Shown: positions 25,751-39,484, counted from the first letter of the stretch. The stretch is 64,000 nucleotides of DNA from Pristiophorus japonicus (GCF_044704955.1 NC_091981.1:148676001-148740000), one strand, 5' to 3'. The notes: generated by a model from the letters alone, not told the origin. Numbers and translations: made by a program.

Positions 25751-26245
25751 GGGCTCGAAATTAACTCCCCACCCTCCTGCGCGACAGGCGGGAGAGAATC
25801 AGGAAGTCTGAGTGTCCTGTTGTGGAGAGGCGTATTTAAGTCGGGCTCCCACAGTCAATTGGGAGCCCAATTTAAAATTCACTGCTGTTGCGCAGGTTTC
25901 CCAGGGATTGGGGAAAGGGAGGTGGGAGCTGCCGCCTTCACAAGGTAAGAGCCTTTCTCAGCATGCCTTGTGGCCCAGGAGGATCAAGAGTGTTAACTCC
26001 TGAAGGGAGCTTTCGGTCTCTCCGCTGCCCATCGTGGACTCTCTCTAATCCCACCCCAATTAGCGGCCTTCCCCCTTCCCGATTGCTGGGGATTGTCCCC
26101 AAGAGTCCTTGGCTGCAGCCTCCTGGCACTGGGTTATTCATCCAGCTGCCGGCCAGGCTGCCAATTTGGCCAGCTCCCGGGCAGGAAAACGGGTTCTTCG
26201 GCTGTTTCCAGCCTCCCTTGCACCCACCCTGTAAATATCGGGGCC
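25751..26245. mobile_element. Non-autonomous Harbinger-like element
   Basis: Ends GGGCTCGAAATT / AAATATCGGGGCC; TSD CAT. Confidence 0.65.
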
Positions 26246-26861
26246 CATGTCACTGATGTAAATTTTAAAATGCAGCTGTCTCAATTCCAATTCCTGGGGC
26301 ACCCCATACGGCACTTGGCCCATCCCTACATGGTTCCTTGTAATAAATAGGTATAGTTTCCTATCTTTCAAACAACTTCGTATCCATTCCCAGCGTTTAT
26401 CCTAAATCTCCACCACTTTGAACGTCAATATCCTTTCAGACTGCAATTTGTCAAATGATATTTCGAAGTGTAGGTGTGTGACAGTCCACTTCGAACGTTG
26501 CTTTCTTAATATATCAAGGAGGTTTGTCTGGCAGGACCTTCCCCATCGAAGGCCATGTTTACTACTATTTACTACGGAATTGTCATACATCTTTACATCA
26601 TTGTCCTCACCTTTACTTCAGTTCCGTTATTTTACACAGCATGGTTGCAAGATTAATTGGTTGAATCTGTTTACTCACCCTTTTGAAAATAGGCACCATG
26701 GTAGCCAGTTTCTGCTTGAACAGGTCCTCCACACTTTTCATTAACTTATTTATAATGGCAGCCAATGCCTTGCAAATCTTATCCTTTGTCTCTCTTAGTG
26801 CTCGGTAATCAATGCCGTTCAATATTAGAATTCATTTGTTTTGAGTAATTTTAGCCTATCT

Positions 26862-29495
26862 ACATAAGAACATAAGAACATAAGAATTAGGAACAGGAGT
26901 AGGCCATCTAACCCCTTGAGCCTGCTCCGCCATTCAAAAAGATCATGGCTGATCTGGCCGTGGACTCAACTCCACTTACCCGCCCGCTCCCCATAACTCT
27001 TAATTCCCTTATTGGTTAAAAATCTATCTATCTGTGACTTGAATACATTCAATGAGCTAGCCTCAACTGCTTCCTTGGGCAGAGAATTCCACAGATTCAC
27101 AACCCTCTGGGAGAAGAAATTCCTTCTCAACTCGGTTTTAAATTGGCTCCCCCTTATTTTGAGGCTGTGCCCCCTAGTTCTAGTCTCCCCGACCAATGGA
27201 AACAACCTCTCTGCCTCTATCTTGTCTATCCCTTTCATTATTTTAAATGTTTCTATAAGATCACCCCTCATCCTTCTGAACTCCAACGAGTAAAGACCCA
27301 GTCTACTCAATCTGTCATCATAAGGTAACCCCCTCATCTCCGGAATCAGCCTAGTGAATCGTCTCTGTACCCCCTCCAAAGCTAGTATATCCTTCCTTAA
27401 GTAAGGTGACCACAACTGTATGCAGCACTCCAGGTGCGGCCTCACCAATACCCTGCCCAATTGCAGCAGGACCTGCTTTTGTACTCCATCCCTCTCGCAA
27501 AGAAGGCCAACATTCCACTCGCCTTCCTGGTTACCTGCTGCACCTGCAAACTAACTTTTTGGGATTCATGCACAAGGACCCCCAGGTCCCTCTGCACCGC
27601 AGCATGTTGTAATTTCTCCCCATTCAAATAATGTTCCCTTTTGCTGTTTTTTTTTCCAAGGTGAATGACCTCACATTTTCCAACATTGTATTCCATCTGC
27701 CAAACCTTCGCCCATTCGCTTAACCTATCCAAATCTCTTTGCAGCCTCTCTGTGTCCTCTACACAACCCGCTTTCCCACCAATCTTTGTGCCATCTGCAA
27801 ATTTTGTTACACTACACTCTGTCCCCTCTTCCAGGTCATCTATGTATATTGTAAACAGTTGTGATCCCAGCACTGATCCCTGTAGCACACCACTAACCAC
27901 CGATTTCCAACCCGAAAAGGATCCATTTATCCCGACTCTCTGCTTTCTGTTAGCCAGCCAATTCTCAATCCATGCTAATACATTTCCTCTGACTCCGTGT
28001 ACCTTTATCTTCTGCAGTAACCTTTTGTGTGGCACTTTATCGAATGCCTTTTGGAAATCTAAATACACCACATCCATCGGTACACCTCTATCCACCATGC
28101 TCTCTATATCCTCAAAGAATTCCAGTAAATTAGTTAAACATGATTTCCCCTTCATGAATCCATGTTGCGTCTGCTTGATTGCACTATTCCTATCCAGATG
28201 TCCCGCTATTTCTTCCTTAATGATAGCTTCAAGCATTTTCCCCACTACAGATGTTAAACTAACTGGCCTATAGTTACCTGCCTTTTGTCTGCCCCCTTTT
28301 TTAAACAGAGGCGTTACATTAGCTGCTTTCCAATCCGCTGGTACCTCCCCAGAGTCCAGAGAATTTTGGTAGATTATAACGAATGCATCTGCTATAACTT
28401 CCGCCATCTCTTTTAATACCCTGGGATGCATTTCATCAGGACCAGGGGATTTGTCTACCTTGAGTCCCATTAGCCTGTCCAGCACTACCCCACTAATGAT
28501 AGTGATTGTCTCAAGGTCCTCCCTTCCCACATTCCCGTGACCAGCAATTTTTGGCATGGTTTTTGTGTCTTCCACTGTGAAGACTGAAGCAAAATAATTG
28601 TTTAAGGTCTCAGCCATTTTCACATTTCCCATTATTAAATCCCCCTTCTCATCTTCTAAGGGACCAACGTTTACTTTCGTCACTCTTTTCCATTTTATAT
28701 GTCGGTAAAAGCTTTTACTATCTGTTTTTATGTTTTGCGCAAGTTTACTTTCGTAATCTATCTTTCCTTTCTTTATTGCTTTCTTAGTCATTCTTTGCTG
28801 TCGTTTAAAATTTTACCAATCTTCTAGTTTCCCAATAACCTTAGCCACCTTATATGCATTGGTTTTTAATTTGATACTCTCCTTTATTTCCTTGGTTATC
28901 CACGGCTGGTTATCCCTTCTCTTACTACCCTTCTTTTTCACTGGAATATATTTTTGTTGAGCACTATGAAAGAGCTCCTTTAAAGTCCTCCACTGTTCCT
29001 CAATTGTGTCACCATTTAGTCTGTGTTCCCAGTCTACTTCAGCCAACCCTGCCCTCATCCCACTCTAGTCCCCTTTATTTAAGCATAGTACGCTCGTTGA
29101 GACACTACTTCCTCACCCTCAATCTGTATTACAAATTCAACCATACTGTGATCACTCACTCCGAGAGGATCTTTTACTAGGAGATCGTTTATTATTCCTG
29201 ACTCATTACACAGGACCAGATCTAAGATAGCTTGCTCCTTTGTAGGTTCTGTTACATACTATTCTAAGAAACAATCCCGTATGCATTCTATGAATTCCTC
29301 CTCCAGGCTACCCCGTGCGATTTGATTTGATCAATCGATATGTAGGTTAAAATCCCCCATGATTACTGCCGTTCCTTTTTCACATGCCTCCATTATTCCC
29401 TTGATTATTGTCCGCCCCACCGTGAAGTTATTATTTGGGGGCCTATAAACTACACCCACCAGTGACTTTTTCCCCTTACTACCTCTAATCACCAC
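26862..29495 (-). mobile_element. Longest CR1 copy: part of endonuclease, RT and 3' tail
   Basis: 449-aa ORF 27442-28791 with RT motifs, in which FADD has become FADG. Upstream sequence encodes VIMGDFN (APE domain). Frameshifts present. Confidence 0.95.
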
Positions 29496-31459
29496 CCTCG
29501 AACTCCTCTTTAATAGATCACCGTGGATAATTTTACTTGGATTATTTTTATTTCGGGAGGTTGCTCATCTGTCCCCCTCCTGAATACTTTGATGAAATAA
29601 TCATTTATTATATTTAACTAGATTATACTCATCCTCACACTTTGCATCATTTGCATTTTTATGATTGCTTCTTTTTCTCTGACTACCTGCTTCCTGTCAC
29701 AATACTGGAAAAAAACGATCATCAGCATGCTTGCATCTGTGACCAGATTTCCATTCCCCCCCACCCACCCTCGGACACTCTATTCATCTTTTTCCATCCG
29801 TTTAAAATATTTGTGTATGTTTGAACCCCTTCACCTTTTTTTCTTCAGGATTGTACAGGTCATGTTCCTTATTTTCCTTCTAATTAGTTTGTTAAGCTAT
29901 TTGGGGTCACATATTTTAGTCCACACTTGATAATCAGATTATAGTTGCAGCTGCAAATTTAATTATCAGGATCGAGGAAATCTGAATTGTTTAACCAATT
30001 TGTTATAAAATCATGGTGTTGGTGTGTGTAAGGGGAATACATTTTCCAGAATAAAACTGAATAAATACAATGTTACTGCAGCATACTAAGATGCTACACA
30101 GGACAATTACCTGTTTACATAACCAAAGAAACAGATGTCACAGACAGACAGCAATAGAAACAGATGCCACAGAAACACCCTCGCACAAGAGCACCACAGA
30201 AACAGATGTTACAGACACGCAAAGCAGCAAGGAAACAGACATAGTGGTCAGTTTCTGCTCTCTCCAGACCACCAAATAGGCACTAGGTGCGGAGCTGCTC
30301 GACCAGCATTAAAATCAAGCAAAAAAAAGTCTGCCAATTATAAAGTCAAATGTGAACCAAACTGAACAAAAACAATAAATCCTTTTTCTTTCTCTATCTC
30401 TGACACCGTCAATTTGGAAACAAAGATGAAGATTAAGGGGGCTAAATTGACTACCCCCGAAAATGGGCGGGTGATCGTGATTGACGGTCACATGGTGCCC
30501 TTGCGCTCCTGCGCAGCCGGTGAGTCGGCCTTTACATTGAAAACAATGCGCTTGTGTGGAATTTTGAATCGGCGGCACGGCCCAAATAAAAATGACAGGG
30601 AACATTTATCATGATGTGCGATTAGCCTGCACCAGTTCAGTGTACTACAGGCAGCACACCATTTTTGTGCTGCCTGCTCAGTATAAAGAGTTCTGTGTGT
30701 AGCCAGCACTACTCGTTCTGGTCATTGACTGCACACATCAACAGGGAGCCCCAATATGGTTATTAACCTACACTACTGAAAAGCTAATCTGCACTCCTTA
30801 AAGCAAGCCTGTACATCTTAAAGGGGAGGTGTACTGTGGCTGGAGCAATTTCTGGACATCGTTCTGCAACTGAATCTGACTTGGGAAAGAATGGAAAATG
30901 GCTGACGATGGAAGAGCACGGGGGACCCAAGTTTTGTACTGCATTGGAGGTCTTGATGGAGGAGGTGGATAGGAGGAGAGATGTCCTGTCTCTACAGGAG
31001 AGCAGGAGGTCATCCAAACACACAATGAGAAGGCAGTGGGAACAGGAGCCGCAGAGGTCAATGCCAGGAGTTTAACCCCGAGGACCTGGAGGCAGTGTCG
31101 CAAGAAGTTTAATTAACTCATATAAACTCATAAAATCTTATAAACTGCGAGTAAGAAGCAGCTACTGCTCAATTCACTAGACCCCCATCACTCACCTACC
31201 AAGAATCTCTAACAATCAGGGCTCATACCTAACATCCATATGCTTCACTTCATCATCGCACATTTAGCACTGTTGAAAGTCTCACACCCATATCACATAG
31301 CTTGCACACACTGTCAGCTGTTCAGCCATGACAGCAACACCACCCAAAAATATTGCAGGACACTCACTGACACACTTCCCTCTCTCTTGCAGGAGAAGGT
31401 GGCGTACAACCGGAGGCAGCAGGAATTAACCACAGGGGTAGAGGCGTGCCTGGATTTTT

Positions 31460-33045
31460 AAAAATTCATTTCAGTATGTGGACATCGCTGGCAACGCCAT
31501 CATTTATTGCCCATCCCTGATTGCCCTTGAGAAGGTGGAGATAAGCTGCCTTCTTGAACCGCTGCAGACCTTGTGGTGAAGGAACTCTCACAGTGCTGTT
31601 AGTGTGGGCGTTCCAGGATTTTGACACAGCGACGATTAATGAACAGTGATATATTTCCAAGTCAAGATGTTGCTTAACATGGGGGGGAGCTTTCAGCTGA
31701 TGGTCATGCATCTACTGCCCTTGTCCTTCTAGGTGCCACGGCTTTGGGAGGTGCTGCCGAAGAAGCCTTGGTGAGTTGTTGCTGTGCATCTTGTAGATGG
31801 TACACACTGCAGCCATGGTGCATTGGTGGTGGAATGAGCGAATGTTTAAAGTGGTGGATGGGGTGCCAATCAAGCGGGCTGCTTTGACCTGGATGGTGTC
31901 GAGCTTCTTGAGTGTTGTTGGAGCTGCAATCACCCAGGCAAGTGGAGAGTATTCCATCACACTCCTAACTTATGCCTTGTAGATGGTGGAAAGGCTTTGG
32001 GGAGACAGGAGGTGAGGCACTAACCGCAGAATATCCAGCTTCTGACCTGCTCTTGTTGCCACAGTATTATGTGGCCGGTCTAGTTAAATTTCTGGTCAAT
32101 GGTGACCCCCAGGATGTTGATGGTGGGGGATTTGGCTATGGTAATGCCATTGAATATCAAGAGGAGGTGGTTAGACTCTCGCTTGTTGGAGATGGCCGTT
32201 GCCTGGCACTTGTGTGGCGTGAATGTTCCTTGCCACTTATAAGTCCAAGCCTGAATGTCGTCCAAGTCCTGCTTCAAGTGGGCATGCACTGCTTCATTTT
32301 CTGAGGAGTTGAGAATGGAACTGAACACTGTGAAATCATCAGTGAACATCCCCACTTCTGCCCTGAGGAACTTCTGCAGCGATGTCCTGGGGCTGGGATG
32401 ATTGACCTCAAACAACTATAACCATCTTCCTTTGTGCTAGGTATGACTCCAGCCCGTGGAGAGGATTATCCCCGATTCCCATTGACTTCAATTTTACTTG
32501 GGTTCCTTGATGCTGCACTCAGTCAAATGCTGCCTTGATGTCAAGGACAGTCACTCTCACCTTGCCTCTGGAATTCAATTATTTTGTCCATGTTTGAACC
32601 AAGGCTGTAATGAGGTCAGGAGCCGAGTGGTTCTGGCGGAACCCAAACTGAGCATCAGTGAGTAGGTTATTGGTGAGTAAGTGCCACTTGATAGTAGTGT
32701 CAATGACACTGTCCAACATTTTGCTGATGATTGAGAATAGACTGATGGGGTGGCAATTGGCCAAATTGGATTTGTCCTGCTTTTTGTGAACAGGACATAC
32801 TTGGGCAGTTTTCTACATTGTCAGGTAAATGCCAGTGTTGTAGCTGTACTGGAACAGCTTGGTTAGAGACATAGCTAGTTCTGGAGCACAAGTCTTCAGC
32901 ACGACAGCCGGGATGTTGTCGGGGTCCATAGCCTTTGCTGTATCCAGTGGGCTCAGCCACTTCTTGATATCACATGGTATGAATCAAATTGGCTGAAGAC
33001 TAGCTTCTGTGATGGTAAGAAGCTCAGGAGGAGGCCAATATGGAT
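31460..33045 (-). mobile_element. CR1-group LINE of a distinct family (3' half)
   Basis: NCHPISLFSIISKML...DAQFGFRQNHSAPDL, MFTDD and MEYSPLAW..AAPTTLKKLDTIQ. The 3' tail is shared with the SINE at 2785-3150 and a fragment at ~51830-52000. Confidence 0.9.
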
Positions 33046-33499
33046 CATCCAATCATCCATATGGAAGAGACAGTGCTGGCCATTATGGGAAGAGCCATTG
33101 CTGAGGCCATGGCCAGCGGCGGAGCTGAAGCCATTGAAGATGACGGTATTATCATACCTAATCCTCCTTCTCACATCCAATTTCTCCCTCATCCCCAAAT
33201 CTCTTCTGACTTACAAGCTGCAGATGCTGTAATCATGCATTTCCTACTTTCTCCTCTCCCCTTACTACAACCCAACCCTTATATATTTTTCATTTCAGAT
33301 ACCCAAGAACGGTAAGCTGCTCAAGCTGTAGTGGAAGAGCAGGAAGACAGTGATGACGAAGACATAGCACGTCATTCGATTTCACACTCGCAGCCACCAG
33401 CTCAGATACTGACACTGCGCTTAATTTAAAGTATAGCATAAAGGAGGGATCTGCATGTGGTGAGACACCGGGACAAGTGCACTGAAGTCGGCACGACAA

Positions 33500-35003
33500 C
33501 AGGCTTTTGATAAGGTCCCACATGCGGACTGGTCATGAAAGTAAAAGCCCATGGGATCCAAAGCAAAGTGGCAAGTTGGATCCAAAATTGGCTCAGAGGC
33601 AGGAAGCAAAGGATAATGGTCAATAGGTGTTTTTGTGACTGGAAGGCTGTTTCCAGTGGGATTCCGCAGGGCTCAGTACTGGGTCCCTTGCTTTTTGTGG
33701 TATATATCAATAATTTGGCTTGGAGTGCATGTCCACAGATCCCTGAAGGTCGCAGGACAGGTAGAGTAGTTGGTTAAGAAGGCATACAGGATACTTGCCT
33801 TTATTAGCCGAGGCATAAAATATAAGAGCAGGGAGGTTATGCTTGAACTGTATAACACACTTGTTTGGCCACAGCTAGAGTACTGCCTGGAGTTCTGGGC
33901 ACCAAATTACAGGATTGCACTGGAGAGAGTACAGAGGAGATTTAAGAGAATGTTGTCTCGACTGGAGAATTTTAGCTAAGAGGAAAGATTGGATAGGTTG
34001 AGATTGTTTTCTTTGGAACAGAGGAGGCTGAGGGAAGACCTAATTGGGGTGTATAAAATTATGAGGGGCTGAGATAGAGTGGATAGGAAGGACCTGCAGC
34101 TGTACAGGGCCTTGGTGAGGCCGCACCTAGAATATTGTGTTCAGTTTTGGTCTCCTAATCTGAGGAAGGACATTCTTGCTATTGAGGGAGTGCAGCGAAG
34201 GTTCACCAGACTGATTCCCGGGATGGCAGGATTGACATATGAGGAGAGACTGGGTCTGTATTCACTGGAGTTTAGAAGAATGAGAGGGGACCTCATGGAA
34301 ACATATAAAATTCTGACGGGACTGGACAGGTTAGATGTAGGAAGAATGTTCCCGATGTTGGGGGAGTCCAGAACCAGGGGACACAGTCGAAGGATAAGGA
34401 GTAAGCCATTTAGAACCGAAATGTGGAGAAACTTCTTCACTCAGAGAGTTGTTAACCTGTGGAATTCTCTTCCGCAGAGAGTTGTTGATGCCAGTTTATT
34501 AGATATATTCAAGAGGGAGTTAGATATGGCCCTTACGGCCAAAGGGATCAAGGGGTATGGGGAGAAAGCAGGAAAGGGGTACTGAAGTGAATGATCAGCC
34601 ATGATCTTATTGAATGGTGGTGCAGGCTTGAAGGCCTGAATGGCCTACACCTGCACCTATTTTCTATGTTTCTATGTTTCTATGACCGATTCCCCTTAGC
34701 AGAGTGGTCAATAGCCAGGTGCCATAGATTTAAAGTAATTGGTAGGAGGTTTCGAGGAGATTTGAGGGGAAATGTTTTCACCCAGAGGGTGGTGGGGAAT
34801 GGAACTCACTGCCTGAAAGGGTGGTAGCAGCAGAAACCCGCACCACATTTAAAATGTACTTGGATATGCACTGGATAGCCTACAAGGTTACAGACCAAGA
34901 GCTGGAAAGTGGGATTAGGTTGCATAGGTCTTTGTCGGCTGGAACGGACACGATGGGCTGAAATGGCCTCGTTCTGTGCTGTAAACTTCTATGGCTCTAT
35001 GAA
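33500..35003 (+). mobile_element. CR1 3' region with a younger CR1 (34095-34684) nested in the same orientation
   Basis: GIPQGSVLGP...PQLEYCLEFW resumes after 34684. The nested copy ends in (TTTCTATG)n. Confidence 0.9.
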
Positions 35004-36019
35004 TCTAAGAATAGTGCAGACGCCATCTTGCTGGAGGGTGAGGTCGCATGTAAGTTCTGCTGCAGAGTACTCAGATGAAGACTTCAATGGTCCAGACTAC
35101 AGAAAAAGGCTGAAGGATATACATATCAAAATGTTTGGGGCATTTGCCTGCTAGAAAGCCTGCGTTCAATGTCAAGGAGCATGGAGGAGTCCGGCACCAA
35201 TTTGGCACAGGGCTTTGGCAGAGCTTGGAGCTCATCCTTTCCAGCATGGAACTGGTGGCCAACTCCATCAGTACACTTGTGGATACAATGATGATGCAGT
35301 GTCTGATGGCCGAAGTCTCAGCTTTCATTGCAGTACAAGTACAAGCCACCTAATGTCTGAGTGTTGCAGTGGAAGCTAAGGTTGCTGCCATCATGGCATT
35401 GGATACCAGTGTTCAAAGGGGCTTCCAGCATGTTACAGCAGTCCATCAATCTGTCCTCCAACAGATTACCAGGATTGCTGAGGCACCGCCCGGTGGAGTG
35501 GCATTTGTTCCTTGGTGCACAAACCTGCTGGCCTCTCTCAGGGTGACAGCATTTGTGCTCGCACCCCTGTCACTCTGCCAGTGCTCTTGCTGTTGCTTGT
35601 CAGCTAGCCAGCCGTCCAGTCTGCTGCTGCCTATGCCGAGATGGTGCAGTCTGAAGCCGGGCCTTCTAGGCCCATAGTTGCTCGAGGTCATCCTGCAAGG
35701 CCATCCGCAATCTCTTCCACTGAATATCAATAGACTTCCACCAGCCATGCTGCAGCCATTGGGGTAGCACTTCATAAGTGCACCAGGACAGGCAAAGGCA
35801 CATGCACAACAGGCACTAAGGGAATGCACAAGGGTGATTAGTTTATTTTTGTATGCAATATGGCATGATTTAATTAATACATTTGGATTGGAATATGTAC
35901 TTTGTGTTGGCATTTATTTTTGCATTGTGGGCAAGAGGATGATGTGATCGTCATTGACAGAGAAAAGGTAAGGTGTGGGTCTGTTGATGAATGAGGAATT
36001 GGGTTTGAGGTTATTGGTA

Positions 36020-37140
36020 TCACACTTGAATTAGTTGTTCACGTACAGCCCGGGAAAAAGGGGCTGTCTCAGTTGCAGCCTCCCTTCCACTTTTGCCTCC
36101 TCCCTTTCCACCTCATTCTTCTGCTCCTCCACTGCTCATTTGATAACTGGGGCAAGGGCTGTCCCCTCATGATGGCGGGGTTGTGCAGCATACAAGCACA
36201 AATCTTGAGACCTGCTTCGTCGAGTACTGCAGGGCTCCTCCAAGAGTGATCCAGGCAGCAGAATCGTTGCTTCAGGATGGCAATGGTCTGATCTATCAGA
36301 TTTCTTGTGGCAGCATGCCTCTGATTGTATGCCTGCTGCACACATGTGCGTGAGTTGCGAACCAGAGTCATCAGCTATGTCATCAGCGGATAGCCCTTGT
36401 CGCCCAGTAGCCACTTTTTGGTTTGCTGTGGTGGTTGGTATATCCGGCACAGAGGGTTGCCACAGAATATAAATCATGATTGCTGCCAGGATACTGGGCT
36501 TTGACCAGAATGATGCGTTGCCTGTGGTCACACACCAACTGCACCTTGAGGGAATGGAATCGCTTTCAGTTCAGGTACATGGCAGAGTTGACATGAGGCA
36601 TCTGCAAAGCAATGTGCAGTCACTGAAACTCTGCACCATTCGGAAGCCTGCAATCTTGTGCTCATTCCGCCTGCTTGTCTCTGGCAAAAGGGAATGAAAA
36701 GAAGTTATCTCTCTTTGTATAGAGAGCCTCAGTGACCTTCCTTCTGCAGCAGTGCACTACAAACTGTGAGATGTTACTAATTACTACCAACAGCAACCTG
36801 GAAGTAGCCAGATGCACAAATGTTCATAACCACGGTCACCTTCACAGCCACAGCAATGCGATCCTTGCGCTGCTCTAAGGTTGGAGTTGTGTCTGCAACA
36901 GTTGGCAGATTTCAGTAACAACCACCTGAGTGAAGCACAGATGTTTCAAACATTGATCGCCACTGGAGTTCAGGTAGGAAAATTGCTCCCTGAATACCCT
37001 GGGTGGATATGGCCTCCTGCTGAGAGCCCTTCCCCCCGCTCCTCCTCCCTCTTCTAGCAGTTTGGCCTGCTCTGTGTGGTCTCTGCTCATGCTTCAGGTC
37101 ATGCTTGATACCAAGAAGGAGACCTACTAGTGCACTCATG
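36020..37140 (-). pseudogene. HARBI1-like Harbinger transposase (decayed)
   Basis: RRPYPPRVFREQFSYLN...QVVVTEICQLLQTQLQP and QQAYNQRHAATRNLIDQTIAILKQRFCCLD. Confidence 0.9.
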
Positions 37141-37500
37141 TCTGGGAGCAACTGGTTTGTGCAGAAGCCTTGAAGTCAACAAAACAAACTTTTGCTTCTG
37201 CTACATCAATTCCTGTAGAGTTTTGAAACTTGAAACAACTATGGAAAGCACAAAAAACATGTAAAATTGTTGCAGCTGACAGAAGAAAAAAAAACAGCAA
37301 CAAACTGCAAGTTGATGCTCCCTTTAAATAGCACTTGCAGGGGGGTCTTCATGCCGCTTAACATCGTGTTCAACTGTGCGAGGTTAAGAGAGGGCATAGG
37401 CTGGATTGTGGAGCTCTAAAATGGCAGCACTGGCATCAAATCAGTATTGCACATTGATTGATATCATGATCTGCCTACTCTGCATGCTATCGGTGGACAT

Positions 37501-38220
37501 TCATCATCATAGACAGTCCCTCAGAATCGAGGAAGACTTGCTTCCATTCTTGAAGTGAGTTCTTTGGTGGCTGAACAGTCCAATACGAGAGCCACAGACT
37601 CTGTCACAGGTGGGACAGATAGTCGTTGAGGGAAGAGGTGGGGGACTGGTTTGTCGCATGCTCTATCGGCTGCCTGCGCTTGATTTCTGCATGCTCTCGG
37701 CGTTGAGATTTGAAGTGCTCAGCATCTTCCCAGATGTACTTTCTCCACTTAGGGCGGTCTTCGGCCAGGGACTCTCAGGTGTCAGTGGGGATGTTGCACT
37801 TTATCAGGGAAGCTTTGAGGGTGTCCTTGTAACGTTACCATTGTCCACCTTTGGCTCATTTGTCGTGAAGGAGCTCCACATAGAGCACTTGCTTTGGGAG
37901 TCTCGTGTCTGGCATGCAAACTATGTGGCCTGCCAAGCGGAGCTGAGCGAGTGTGGTCAGTGCTTCAATGCTGGGGATGTTTGCCTGGACGAGGGCGCTG
38001 ATGTTGGTGCATCTGTCCTCCCAGGGGATTTGTAGGATCTTGTGGAAACATCGTTGGTGATATATCTCCAGCGACTTGAGGTGTCTACTGTACATAGTTA
38101 ATGCTTCTGAGCCATACAGGAGGGCGGGTATTACTACAGCCCTGTAGACCATGAGCTTGGTGATAGATTTGAGGGCCTGGTCTTCGAACACTCTTTTCCT
38201 CAGGCGGCCGAAGGCTGCAC
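37501..38220 (-). mobile_element. RTE LINE 3' part
   Basis: AAFGRLRKRVFEDQALKSITKLMVYRAVVIPALLYGSE; (GAT)n tail. Confidence 0.95.
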
Positions 38221-38424
38221 TGGTTAACCCCTTTACAAATATGGCATCCATAACACTACACATCAGAAGTGTGTGCATGCACCGCAGCCACCATTTTGGA
38301 ACCCTAAGGGGCCCTGTCGCACCCAAAAAACATGCACTACTGAGCACAATTTTTCCTCATAATTTCCTTCAGCACATTTGTCAAAATATCATCAGACTCC
38401 TGCAGAAAAATATGAATTCACAAA

Positions 38425-38810
38425 GCACCTTTTATCAATTCAGAGAGACATCACAATGTGCTTCACATAAAATTACCATCAAGACTGTTGTAATATGGAC
38501 AAACACAGCAGCTGTTTTACATACAGCAAGTTCCTGCAACCAGCAATGAGATAAACGACCCGTTACTCTGTTTTTGATGGCAGAGAAATGTTAGCCAGGA
38601 TACCAGGAGAGATCCCTGCTTTTTTTTTTATATAGTACCATCTTTACAGTCTACTATAACAGATAGACAGGGCCTCAGTCCTCAGTTTAACATTTCATCT
38701 GAAGGAAGGCACCTCCAACAATGTTGCACTCCTTCAGTATATCAGTCTGGATTATATGCTGAACTCCTGATTTGAACCGACAACCATCCAATTCAGAAAC
38801 AGTACTTACA
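38425..38810 (-). mobile_element. Deu-domain SINE (SacSINE1/AmnSINE1-like)
   Basis: Similar to 43545-43930, including ATCTCATTGCTG...GGAACTTGCTG on the minus strand. Confidence 0.65.
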
Positions 38811-39003
38811 AATCAGTCAAGCTTATACAATAACAGTCCAAGAAATAACAATGTATGTCTATTTGTGGCATGACTTTGTTTTACAGGCTGTAAACTTTGC
38901 ATTTGAATGGCCCAAGTGAGGCCAAAGATTTGTGAATAATTCCAAATCAGCCCAGTTCAGCCCACTTACAGAAAGTATTTTAGAATTAATCTAAATATAC
39001 ATA

Positions 39004-39155
39004 TCCTAAAAGCAAACACATTATGAATATTGTGGACTTCATTTCCATCACAATAAGAATATTTAATATAGAAATGGAAAACCATTTCTATATTAAATAT
39101 TCTTATTGTGATGGAAATGAAGTCCAAAATATTCATAACGTGTTTGCTTTTAGGA
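39004..39155. repeat. 152-bp near-perfect palindrome (74-bp arms, AAAA loop)
   Basis: 39004-39077 is the reverse complement of 39082-39155 with 2 mismatches. Confidence 0.95.
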
Positions 39156-39214
39156 CACATTAAAATGTTGACTTTAATCTCTCCATTGTTTCATTATTAA
39201 AATCTTTCTCCATG

Positions 39215-39480
39215 GCTCCCTCGATAGATCAGTTGATAAAAGCAGAGTGCAGCTGATCCATACAAGTCAGATTTAGTCCCTGGTCTGTACTGAGTTAACT
39301 CATCTCAGCAAGGGTAGCAATGGGAATGCTATTGATAGCTTCAACACCACTGATCACTGCCCATTGATATCCGCTAGAAATGTACAAAAGTAGGCACTTC
39401 AGGAGGACAGGATGTCCCTGTGGTCGATGCTAACACTGACTACCCAGGCTTAAATATAACGGGAAGAGCAGTCATTTGGT
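39215..39480 (+). mobile_element. Degraded AmnSINE2-like SINE
   Basis: CCCTGGTCTGTACTGAGTTAACTCATCTCAGC head, as at 9580-9615. Confidence 0.55.
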
Positions 39481-39484
39481 GAAC

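Larger units (their letters stand above)
30908..35841 (+). pseudogene. Harbinger Myb/SANT gene, three exons, interrupted by LINEs
   Basis: MEEHGGPKFCTALEVLMEEVDRRRDVL...PRTWRQCRKKFN. Acceptors CTCTCTTGCAG (~31392) and TTTCATTTCAG (~33298). Exon 2 EKVAYNRRQQE...MEETVLAIMGRAIAEAMASGGAE is split by the LINE at 31460-33045. Confidence 0.8.
30437..38359. mobile_element. Full-length-like PIF/Harbinger element (convergent Myb/SANT and transposase genes) with nested LINE insertions
   Basis: TAA on both flanks, degenerate TIRs GGGGGCTAAATTG / CAATTTTTCCTCA, and both Harbinger genes inside. About 4.1 kb once insertions are removed. Confidence 0.75.

Noticed and set aside
27665-28273. Plus-strand ORFs opposite CR1 RT (also 18266-18676 and 22431-22841)
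   Set aside because: Antisense shadows of CR1 ORF2 that recur in each copy.
30125-30240. Short degenerate AGAAACAGATG repeats
   Set aside because: About four irregular copies of low complexity with no further structure.
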